The notes below the pieces were generated by a model that saw only the letters and a list, made by a program, of their open reading frames with translations, was not told the DNA's origin and searched no databases. Source: Azolla caroliniana (Eukaryota > Plantae > Polypodiophyta). Taken from it: a stretch of 64,000 nucleotides of DNA. The DNA lies in assembly GCA_043228905.1 (NCBI GenBank), contig JBHGNT010000013.1:20026001-20090000 (forward strand). Reading direction: 5' to 3'. A program made the position numbers and the translations under genes. Shown here one piece after another: positions 53,093 through 64,000 of this stretch (position 1 is the stretch's first letter; every line of letters begins with the position of its first letter).

Positions 53093-53443
53093 TTATCTCA
53101 CTGACCCACCTATAAATGGATTAGTAGTTGTTATCGTGGACTTCAAAGGGACGTAATGAGCGAGCCATTGCCTCATACTCATAAACCGTTCTGCGAGGGC
53201 CGACGTAACCTCGTAATTCGTAGTGATATACCCATGACATCATCATCGGAGCTTGCTCTCACTTTTGCTATCAATTATTGAAAAGGGGGAGATCCCTTGT
53301 ATCACCTCGCTTCAACACATCCAGTGACCCGGAAACTTCGAGTGCCCTAATGCCTTCTTTACCGATAAGTATCGCGTAAAAGTTTCGAAATATAAAACAA
53401 AGCCTCGAAGATGTTCACAAACTCTGTCGACCGAGCAGAGAAG
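53093..53443. repeat. Diverged partial copy (~337 bp) of the array unit start, at the array edge
   Basis: 53107-53443 aligns to 53444-53805 with scattered substitutions and a ~21-nt deletion; joined through a CAC microhomology (gagaagCAC|ctataaa). Confidence 0.9.
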
Positions 53444-54893
53444 CACCTATAAATGGATTAGTAGTTGTTATCGTGGACTTCAAAGGGACGTAATGAGCGA
53501 GCCATTGCCTCATACTCATAAACCGTTCTGCGAGGGCCGACGCAACCTCGTAATTCGTAGTGGTATACCGTTGACATCATCATCGGAGCTCGCTCTCACT
53601 TTTGCTATCAATTATAGAAAAGGGGGGAGATCCCTTGTATCACCTCGCTTCAACACATCCGGCGACCCGGACACTTCGAGCGCCGTAATGCCTTCTTCGT
53701 GCTTTGCATAACAATCTTTTGCCGATAAGTATCGCGTAAGAGTTCCGAAATATTAAACAAAGGCTCGAAGACGTTCACAAACTCTGTCGGCCGAGCGGAG
53801 AAGCACTGTGAACTAGCTCCAAAACCAAGCATGCTTATTCGATGCATAGAGCATACGAGAGACGAGAATCTGAAACGAGGTTAGAACTCAAATTAATAAG
53901 CACAAAGAACGGGTGCTCAACCCCATACTCCAATATTATCAATCATCGTAAGCACGGAGCAAATAATATACGCAAGCATTTTTGGCATCGATAAGGAATA
54001 AATAAACAAAATGAATACATATCTGAACAATGCACCAAAGCCAATAGACATCGTATGGATCGTGACATTCGTGTCTCCTTTGCTTCCCGTCGTAGCATCC
54101 CGCACGTTATATAGGCCGTACGTATTGGGAATTCAATTCTCTTGGTTTTATACCGAGAGTACGCTTAGAAGGATTGCGCGTGGAATTTGACTTTGTGATC
54201 TGCTTTGAATTCGGACGTATATCATTGCCTAGCTAGCCGTGATATTCGTACGATGGCTACGATGCCATTTTAGTTGTGACGACAAGTATTGGAAAGGTTT
54301 GTTTCGTATATAGGTACAGTAAGTGACTTTTCCTATGTATTTGACGTTGATTTTGAACGTAGGTGCCGCCATATCAAACTTTGATCTTCGTGATGATCGC
54401 TCGAATTCGTATACGTGTCCCTAACCCCTCTCAAAATTCTAGATGTTCCAATCGTAACGGATGGTGTTTCAATGAGGGAACTTGGGATGTTATGCCCTCA
54501 CTTAGGAATAGTACATAAGTTCTAATTAGCTAATTCATGTGCTTTGGAAGCCTCGTCTCGAAAGAAATACGCCGCGTCATTCATAAGCAGGGAATTGAGG
54601 AAACCTAAGACATCGGTTTGCACAATCGAAGCCGTTCGTAGCTAGAAGTAGCCGAGCCAAATTCACAGTTTTGAAAAGGAATGTATTATGATCAAGCTTG
54701 GCTTCGTTTTACATCATGAATCATGAATGGGACGATCAAGCAGTGACGAGATTAGTGATTCGGCGTCGGAATGACGTCTTAGGAATCCGATTTATTGGCG
54801 GACGGTGGATGTGACGTACCGTTAAGTCCACACAATATAATATGTTTGAGGGTCTTAACATTATTCAGATGCCAATTCAATGAGTTAAGAGAT

Positions 54894-56808
54894 TCATGCG
54901 AAGGGTAGGACGATTCTAGGGGTGGCTGTGACGCGTAGAGGGGTCTTCATTTCGGAGGAGAGTTTCAGGATCTCGGTCAGGTCGAGGTCGCGTGCCATTT
55001 TATCCTCGGGCAAGGACCACGTAAAGTGGTGGAGGAGCCTGGCCGTCCATAGTTGCACGGTGGCCAAACCCATCGCCCTTCCCGGGCACACCCTCCGACC
55101 GGCCCCGAAAGGTGCTAACCTCAAATCGCCACCTCGCACGTCCACGTCTTCCTCGACGAACCTGTCGGGAACGAACCGGTCAGGCTTCTCCCAAATGTCC
55201 GCGTCGTGTGTAATGGCCCACATGTTCACCATGGCTGTCGTCCCTGCTGGCACGTGATGGCCCGCTAGCTCGACGTCCGATGTGGCCAACCTCGCCCATG
55301 AGAGCAACGGCCCGGGTGGGTGCATCCTCAACGTCTCCTTGATGATGGCATTCACGTAAGGAAGGAGTGCCATGTCGGCTTCTCGCACGGTACGACATCG
55401 GCCCACGACAGCATCCAGCTCGGCTTGCGCTCGTGCTTGAACCTCTGGGTGTAGGACCATCTCCGCGAGGATCCACTCCATGAGGATGGCGGTCGTGTCG
55501 GTTCCTCGGAATATCATTTCCTGGAGAAAAGAGCATGTAACGGGACACCGATTAGGATAGAAAAACGTGCAAAGTTGTTTGGACTAGGAAGCCACGAACG
55601 TACACGGTCCATTACATTCGTCGACCTTGACGACGCGACTCGTAAAAACACATTGCAATCCCGTTAAATATATGTGTATTTATATATAGTGGCGACCTTC
55701 AAGAGTTACGTACCCATAGGATGGCGATTATATCGGTATCCGAGAGTTTTTCGCTAGTCTGCAACGATAGGAGCACGTCCACAAAGTCGTCGGCCTCATC
55801 CACGGAGCTTTCACCAGAACCGTGCTCGCGACGGGCTCGATGCTCGTCTATGATCGTTTGGACGAAGTCTTGCACCTCTGCCACCAGCTTCGTGCATCGT
55901 GAATGCACTCCCTGGAGATCCAACCATTTCAAGAACGGCAAGTGATCGCTCCAATTGAACGCGCCGAGAAGCTCGAAGCCTTCTCGAATCATTCTGCGCA
56001 ATTGCTCCGCCTCCGGATCGACTTGCACTAGGGCTTGCTTCTGAGTGTAAACGAAGTCGTAGCGACGGCCAAAGACGCTCTTCATGATGTTGTTGATGGA
56101 AGTGAGCTGGAGGAGAGGGCGGATTTCGAAGCTGGACCCCGATTGGGCATGGATGGATTGGAGGAGCTGGGTTGTTTCGAACTGCCGGCAAGGCTCGAGG
56201 GCTGACAGGCGCCGGGGGGCGAAGAGGTGGGTGGCGGCAATGCGTCGGAGCGTGCGCCAATAATCGCCGTAGGGAGCGAATCCGATGGCGCGATGGAAGA
56301 GGAGGAGCTTGGCCGATTGTTTGATGGGGCGATCCGCGAAAGAGGAGCTGCTCAAAATCTCACGGGCGACGGAAGGTTCGGAGGTCAGGATGACTCGCGT
56401 GGTGCCGAGGCTGAAGGCCATCAAGGACTTGGCGGAGTGAGCACGTGCGAGGTCGGCGAGGCGGACATGGGGGCGTTCGCCCATGAGCTCGAGCAAGCTA
56501 CCCACCAACGGCCAGCCGCGTGGGCCTCGGATTTCCTTAGCAAGGGCATGGGAATTCGCGCGTGCCGCGAGGCCCCAGGCTGGCCCGCCAGGATGGCGCC
56601 ACCACGCCAAGATTGCCAGCAAGCCGCTACAGACGAGCAAGGCCAGAATATGGCGGGCGGCCCAGATTGCACCTAGGAGAGAAGATCGTGAGAGCAACAA
56701 CAACACGAGATGGAGACTAGTGGAGATCGCGGCACCCTCCGTCGACGAAGATGAAGCGATTGCGGCGGCGGATGATAACATCGGTGACGACACCGATATG
56801 GGATCCAT
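54894..56808 (-). CDS. CYP78A: Cytochrome P450 CYP78A (KLUH/PLA1 family), copy 1, 573 aa
   Basis: Exons 56808-55714 and 55520-54894 with a 193-nt GT-AG intron. Motifs: [50 protein letters not shown] (CYP78A signature), [17 protein letters not shown], heme motif [10 protein letters not shown]. Confidence 0.95.
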
Positions 56809-57031
56809 GTTTCCTCCTCCTCCTCTTGATCTTGATCAATGCGTTGTTCCGATTATACTCCCCTACTCATCAATGTGCTTGGCTACTCTACTCTACTCAT
56901 CTTGCTCCCTCTCTCTTATATGTTATATATATACATACACACATATATATATATCTATACACACACACACAACACGTATAACCCGTGAGCCACACAAGCG
57001 CTACTCTCTCTCTTCCCCCTATCAACGCTTC

Positions 57032-57045
57032 CATGCACGCACGTG
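57032..57045. promoter_or_regulatory. RY (CATGCA) plus G-box (CACGTG) upstream of CYP78A (second copy at 61911-61924)
   Basis: catgcacgcacgtg lies about 230 bp upstream of the ATG, beyond a TA-rich TATA-like tract at about 56915-56960. Confidence 0.35.
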
Positions 57046-57141
57046 CTAATAAGGGAGAGACCACCCACACAATAATAGGGGAGAGAAAGGAAAGGCAATG
57101 GCTATACTAAGCCAATAAGCTAATTAGCGTTGAACTAATTC

Positions 57142-57373
57142 TATGTATCTGTATGTCATCCCTAGGCCACACTCTCCAACATAACACATATATCTACGTT
57201 ATGTACATATGTATGTATGTCATCCCTAGTCCATAGTCTCCAACATAACACAATATCTCTACGTCATGTACATATATGTATGCATGTCGTCCCTAGTCCC
57301 TAGTCTCCAACGTAACACATATAGATCTACGTTATGTAAATATGTATGTATGTCATCCCTACTCCATAGACTC
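57142..57373. repeat. About 3.5 sub-repeats of 64-67 bp in the CYP78A upstream region (unit 1)
   Basis: gtc(a/g)tcccta recurs at 57155, 57219, 57286 and 57352. Confidence 0.9.
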
Positions 57374-59772
57374 GGACATTTCACAAATTTATCGCTGCCG
57401 CGCGTTCGCTCACACGTACCTAGTCATCGCGCACTCACCCCACCCGCTACCCGTGTATATCCGATTCTCGGCCAAGGCGCCTGCATGGCCCATTACCATG
57501 TGCGCGACGATCGACGCGTTCTGGTTCGGGCACCGTAGGCCGATGCAACATGGTCGACGCATGTCCGCAAAAATCACTTATAATACGTAACGACGACCCT
57601 TCATCCCGCTCGTGGCCGGGTGGAATGTTGATGCGCGCGGAACGACGCAAAGCGCCCATGGCCTGCTCTCGCACCACGTCTACGTTGTCCCGCGACCAAC
57701 AATACTTAACATATCTCAACGCGACACGGAGCTCCGGTCCCATAGACTCCAATCTCTCCGTCACTTGCCACCGTGATTGCCTCTTGCCCTCATCTCGACC
57801 TCTTATAAGTAACTCCCCCGTGTGCGCGACGTACGCCATACCTCGCATTATAATCGAGGGTGTTAAGTTGTGTAGTGGGCAAGTCCCTCCATGGATCAGG
57901 ACCGCGCGCAACTATTCTACGAATTCGAAGGACATTCGACATGCATGATCAACTATGCAACCGGTGAGTTCGATGCCCCAATGTTTCGCTTCGAACAATA
58001 TGCACACGACTACTCACCTGCACATTGCCAACGCATCAGGTGTGTGTGGCCGGCCACAAACACCATCAGGTGTGCCTGTAAGCCGCCACACAAGGATATT
58101 TAGTTTGTGGTTCGCACCTAGCTGTTCGAATGGAATTAAAGAAGAAGTTGGTCCAACATTTGGGTTCGAACATCCTAAATCTCGTTCGACCAACGATGAT
58201 ATTATACCGAGCTTAAAAAGGTCCAATTTACCGAAGCCGTGGGATATCCAATATTACTACTTGCTCCTACCACAAGCCCTACAAAAACACAACTATTCGT
58301 ACGGGTCCCTATCTCGTTGACCCACCTATAAATGGATTAGTAGTTGTTATCGTGGACTTCAAAGGGACGTAATGAGCGAGCCATTGCCTCATACTCATAA
58401 ACCGTTCTGCGAGGGCCGACGCAACCTCGTAATTCGTAGTGGTATACCGTTGACATCATCATCGGAGCTCGCTCTCACTTTTGCTATCAATTATAGAAAA
58501 GGGGGGAGATCCCTTGTATCACCTCGCTTCAACACATCCGGCGACCCGGACACTTCGAGCGCCGTAATGCCTTCTTCGTGCTTTGCATAACAATCTTTTG
58601 CCGATAAGTATCGCGTAAGAGTTCCGAAATATTAAACAAAGGCTCGAAGACGTTCACAAACTCTGTCGGCCGAGCGGAGAAGCACTGTGAACTAGCTCCA
58701 AAACCAAGCATGCTTATTCGATGCATAGAGCATACGAGAGACGAGAATCTGAAACGAGGTTAGAACTCAAATTAATAAGCACAAAGAACGGGTGCTCAAC
58801 CCCATACTCCAATATTATCAATCATCGTAAGCACGGAGCAAATAATATACGCAAGCATTTTTGGCATCGATAAGGAATAAATAAACAAAATGAATACATA
58901 TCTGAACAATGCACCAAAGCCAATAGACATCGTATGGATCGTGACATTCGTGTCTCCTTTGCTTCCCGTCGTAGCATCCCGCACGTTATATAGGCCGTAC
59001 GTATTGGGAATTCAATTCTCTTGGTTTTATACCGAGAGTACGCTTAGAAGGATTGCGCGTGGAATTTGACTTTGTGATCTGCTTTGAATTCGGACGTATA
59101 TCATTGCCTAGCTAGCCGTGATATTCGTACGATGGCTACGATGCCATTTTAGTTGTGACGACAAGTATTGGAAAGGTTTGTTTCGTATATAGGTACAGTA
59201 AGTGACTTTTCCTATGTATTTGACGTTGATTTTGAACGTAGGTGCCGCCATATCAAACTTTGATCTTCGTGATGATCGCTCGAATTCGTATACGTGTCCC
59301 TAACCCCTCTCAAAATTCTAGATGTTCCAATCGTAACGGATGGTGTTTCAATGAGGGAACTTGGGATGTTATGCCCTCACTTAGGAATAGTACATAAGTT
59401 CTAATTAGCTAATTCATGTGCTTTGGAAGCCTCGTCTCGAAAGAAATACGCCGCGTCATTCATAAGCAGGGAATTGAGGAAACCTAAGACATCGGTTTGC
59501 ACAATCGAAGCCGTTCGTAGCTAGAAGTAGCCGAGCCAAATTCACAGTTTTGAAAAGGAATGTATTATGATCAAGCTTGGCTTCGTTTTACATCATGAAT
59601 CATGAATGGGACGATCAAGCAGTGACGAGATTAGTGATTCGGCGTCGGAATGACGTCTTAGGAATCCGATTTATTGGCGGACGGTGGATGTGACGTACCG
59701 TTAAGTCCACACAATATAATATGTTTGAGGGTCTTAACATTATTCAGATGCCAATTCAATGAGTTAAGAGAT

Positions 59773-61687
59773 TCATGCGAAGGGTAGGACGATTCTAGGG
59801 GTGGCTGTGACGCGTAGAGGGGTCTTCATTTCGGAGGAGAGTTTCAGGATCTCGGTCAGGTCGAGGTCGCGTGCCATTTTATCCTCGGGCAAGGACCACG
59901 TAAAGTGGTGGAGGAGCCTGGCCGTCCATAGTTGCACGGTGGCCAAACCCATCGCCCTTCCCGGGCACACCCTCCGACCGGCCCCGAAAGGTGCTAACCT
60001 CAAATCGCCACCTCGCACGTCCACGTCTTCCTCGACGAACCTGTCGGGAACGAACCGGTCAGGCTTCTCCCAAATGTCCGCGTCGTGTGTAATGGCCCAC
60101 ATGTTCACCATGGCTGTCGTCCCTGCTGGCACGTGATGGCCCGCTAGCTCGACGTCCGATGTGGCCAACCTCGCCCATGAGAGCAACGGCCCGGGTGGGT
60201 GCATCCTCAACGTCTCCTTGATGATGGCATTCACGTAAGGAAGGAGTGCCATGTCGGCTTCTCGCACGGTACGACATCGGCCCACGACAGCATCCAGCTC
60301 GGCTTGCGCTCGTGCTTGAACCTCTGGGTGTAGGACCATCTCCGCGAGGATCCACTCCATGAGGATGGCGGTCGTGTCGGTTCCTCGGAATATCATTTCC
60401 TGGAGAAAAGAGCATGTAACGGGACACCGATTAGGATAGAAAAACGTGCAAAGTTGTTTGGACTAGGAAGCCACGAACGTACACGGTCCATTACATTCGT
60501 CGACCTTGACGACGCGACTCGTAAAAACACATTGCAATCCCGTTAAATATATGTGTATTTATATATAGTGGCGACCTTCAAGAGTTACGTACCCATAGGA
60601 TGGCGATTATATCGGTATCCGAGAGTTTTTCGCTAGTCTGCAACGATAGGAGCACGTCCACAAAGTCGTCGGCCTCATCCACGGAGCTTTCACCAGAACC
60701 GTGCTCGCGACGGGCTCGATGCTCGTCTATGATCGTTTGGACGAAGTCTTGCACCTCTGCCACCAGCTTCGTGCATCGTGAATGCACTCCCTGGAGATCC
60801 AACCATTTCAAGAACGGCAAGTGATCGCTCCAATTGAACGCGCCGAGAAGCTCGAAGCCTTCTCGAATCATTCTGCGCAATTGCTCCGCCTCCGGATCGA
60901 CTTGCACTAGGGCTTGCTTCTGAGTGTAAACGAAGTCGTAGCGACGGCCAAAGACGCTCTTCATGATGTTGTTGATGGAAGTGAGCTGGAGGAGAGGGCG
61001 GATTTCGAAGCTGGACCCCGATTGGGCATGGATGGATTGGAGGAGCTGGGTTGTTTCGAACTGCCGGCAAGGCTCGAGGGCTGACAGGCGCCGGGGGGCG
61101 AAGAGGTGGGTGGCGGCAATGCGTCGGAGCGTGCGCCAATAATCGCCGTAGGGAGCGAATCCGATGGCGCGATGGAAGAGGAGGAGCTTGGCCGATTGTT
61201 TGATGGGGCGATCCGCGAAAGAGGAGCTGCTCAAAATCTCACGGGCGACGGAAGGTTCGGAGGTCAGGATGACTCGCGTGGTGCCGAGGCTGAAGGCCAT
61301 CAAGGACTTGGCGGAGTGAGCACGTGCGAGGTCGGCGAGGCGGACATGGGGGCGTTCGCCCATGAGCTCGAGCAAGCTACCCACCAACGGCCAGCCGCGT
61401 GGGCCTCGGATTTCCTTAGCAAGGGCATGGGAATTCGCGCGTGCCGCGAGGCCCCAGGCTGGCCCGCCAGGATGGCGCCACCACGCCAAGATTGCCAGCA
61501 AGCCGCTACAGACGAGCAAGGCCAGAATATGGCGGGCGGCCCAGATTGCACCTAGGAGAGAAGATCGTGAGAGCAACAACAACACGAGATGGAGACTAGT
61601 GGAGATCGCGGCACCCTCCGTCGACGAAGATGAAGCGATTGCGGCGGCGGATGATAACATCGGTGACGACACCGATATGGGATCCAT
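59773..61687 (-). CDS. CYP78A: Cytochrome P450 CYP78A, copy 2 (protein identical to copy 1)
   Basis: Exons 61687-60593 and 60399-59773; translations match copy 1. Confidence 0.95.
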
Positions 61688-62020
61688 GTTTCCTCCTCCT
61701 CCTCTTGATCTTGATCAATGCGTTGTTCCGATTATACTCCCCTACTCATCAATGTGCTTGGCTACTCTACTCTACTCATCTTGCTCCCTCTCTCTTATAT
61801 GTTATATATATACATACACACATATATATATATCTATACACACACACACAACACGTATAACCCGTGAGCCACACAAGCGCTACTCTCTCTCTTCCCCCTA
61901 TCAACGCTTCCATGCACGCACGTGCTAATAAGGGAGAGACCACCCACACAATAATAGGGGAGAGAAAGGAAAGGCAATGGCTATACTAAGCCAATAAGCT
62001 AATTAGCGTTGAACTAATTC

Positions 62021-62252
62021 TATGTATCTGTATGTCATCCCTAGGCCACACTCTCCAACATAACACATATATCTACGTTATGTACATATGTATGTATGTC
62101 ATCCCTAGTCCATAGTCTCCAACATAACACAATATCTCTACGTCATGTACATATATGTATGCATGTCGTCCCTAGTCCCTAGTCTCCAACGTAACACATA
62201 TAGATCTACGTTATGTAAATATGTATGTATGTCATCCCTACTCCATAGACTC
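62021..62252. repeat. 64-67-bp sub-repeats in unit 2
   Basis: Counterpart of 57142-57373 at +4879. Confidence 0.9.
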
Positions 62253-64000
62253 GGACATTTCACAAATTTATCGCTGCCGCGCGTTCGCTCACACGTACCT
62301 AGTCATCGCGCACTCACCCCACCCGCTACCCGTGTATATCCGATTCTCGGCCAAGGCGCCTGCATGGCCCATTACCATGTGCGCGACGATCGACGCGTTC
62401 TGGTTCGGGCACCGTAGGCCGATGCAACATGGTCGACGCATGTCCGCAAAAATCACTTATAATACGTAACGACGACCCTTCATCCCGCTCGTGGCCGGGT
62501 GGAATGTTGATGCGCGCGGAACGACGCAAAGCGCCCATGGCCTGCTCTCGCACCACGTCTACGTTGTCCCGCGACCAACAATACTTAACATATCTCAACG
62601 CGACACGGAGCTCCGGTCCCATAGACTCCAATCTCTCCGTCACTTGCCACCGTGATTGCCTCTTGCCCTCATCTCGACCTCTTATAAGTAACTCCCCCGT
62701 GTGCGCGACGTACGCCATACCTCGCATTATAATCGAGGGTGTTAAGTTGTGTAGTGGGCAAGTCCCTCCATGGATCAGGACCGCGCGCAACTATTCTACG
62801 AATTCGAAGGACATTCGACATGCATGATCAACTATGCAACCGGTGAGTTCGATGCCCCAATGTTTCGCTTCGAACAATATGCACACGACTACTCACCTGC
62901 ACATTGCCAACGCATCAGGTGTGTGTGGCCGGCCACAAACACCATCAGGTGTGCCTGTAAGCCGCCACACAAGGATATTTAGTTTGTGGTTCGCACCTAG
63001 CTGTTCGAATGGAATTAAAGAAGAAGTTGGTCCAACATTTGGGTTCGAACATCCTAAATCTCGTTCGACCAACGATGATATTATACCGAGCTTAAAAAGG
63101 TCCAATTTACCGAAGCCGTGGGATATCCAATATTACTACTTGCTCCTACCACAAGCCCTACAAAAACACAACTATTCGTACGGGTCCCTATCTCGTTGAC
63201 CCACCTATAAATGGATTAGTAGTTGTTATCGTGGACTTCAAAGGGACGTAATGAGCGAGCCATTGCCTCATACTCATAAACCGTTCTGCGAGGGCCGACG
63301 CAACCTCGTAATTCGTAGTGGTATACCGTTGACATCATCATCGGAGCTCGCTCTCACTTTTGCTATCAATTATAGAAAAGGGGGGAGATCCCTTGTATCA
63401 CCTCGCTTCAACACATCCGGCGACCCGGACACTTCGAGCGCCGTAATGCCTTCTTCGTGCTTTGCATAACAATCTTTTGCCGATAAGTATCGCGTAAGAG
63501 TTCCGAAATATTAAACAAAGGCTCGAAGACGTTCACAAACTCTGTCGGCCGAGCGGAGAAGCACTGTGAACTAGCTCCAAAACCAAGCATGCTTATTCGA
63601 TGCATAGAGCATACGAGAGACGAGAATCTGAAACGAGGTTAGAACTCAAATTAATAAGCACAAAGAACGGGTGCTCAACCCCATACTCCAATATTATCAA
63701 TCATCGTAAGCACGGAGCAAATAATATACGCAAGCATTTTTGGCATCGATAAGGAATAAATAAACAAAATGAATACATATCTGAACAATGCACCAAAGCC
63801 AATAGACATCGTATGGATCGTGACATTCGTGTCTCCTTTGCTTCCCGTCGTAGCATCCCGCACGTTATATAGGCCGTACGTATTGGGAATTCAATTCTCT
63901 TGGTTTTATACCGAGAGTACGCTTAGAAGGATTGCGCGTGGAATTTGACTTTGTGATCTGCTTTGAATTCGGACGTATATCATTGCCTAGCTAGCCGTGA

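Larger units (their letters stand above)
53444..64000. repeat. Head-to-tail tandem array of 4879-bp units (unit 1 53444-58322, unit 2 58323-63201, unit 3 from 63202 past the window end)
   Basis: cacctataaatggattag begins at 53444, 58323 and 63202; every ORF in the track recurs at +4879 with an identical translation. Confidence 0.97.

Noticed and set aside
54922-57049. Several long antisense or alternate-frame ORFs over CYP78A (e.g. 56483-57049, 56227-56676, 55811-56260) and their +4879 copies
   Set aside because: Shadow ORFs expected from GC-rich coding sequence; no recognisable domains.
57142-57373. Regularly spaced repeats resembling a CRISPR array
   Set aside because: The whole 64-67-bp unit repeats with no unique spacers, there are no cas genes, and the context is eukaryotic.
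53444-58322. 5S/45S rRNA, tRNA or snRNA gene within the repeat unit as the reason for homogenisation
   Set aside because: No recognisable match by eye; an Infernal/Rfam scan would be needed to exclude it formally.
53107-58660. The 337-bp duplicated segment as LTRs of a retroelement carrying CYP78A
   Set aside because: No TG...CA ends, PBS or PPT recognised; the copies are directly adjacent; the gene retains its intron.

Overview
Eukaryotic land-plant nuclear DNA; a seed-free plant such as a fern is a plausible but unproven inference. From left to right: (1) a starch branching enzyme II (SBE2-type) gene on +, 21 exons at 1000-24978 with the first exon upstream of the window. Its introns carry many 3' fragments of one RTEX-like LINE family, and one 9.65-kb intron holds a cluster of Copia and LINE remnants. 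(2) A deleted Copia element with its 5' LTR and PBS (25809-29161), followed by a LINE tail. (3) A two-exon secreted protein (34503-36242) that reads as an ApoD-like lipocalin split by a ~250-aa mostly helical insert. (4) A two-exon GPI-anchored lipid-transfer protein (LTPG/xylogen-like) on - (37689-40971). (5) NUP85 on - (42571-52287). (6) From 53444 to the window end, a head-to-tail array of apparently identical, CpG-rich 4879-bp units, each with one intact two-exon CYP78A (KLUH-family P450) gene; a diverged 337-bp partial copy marks the array edge. The array and the split lipocalin are the most unusual features. All calls come from reading the sequence and recalling family motifs; no alignments or searches were run.
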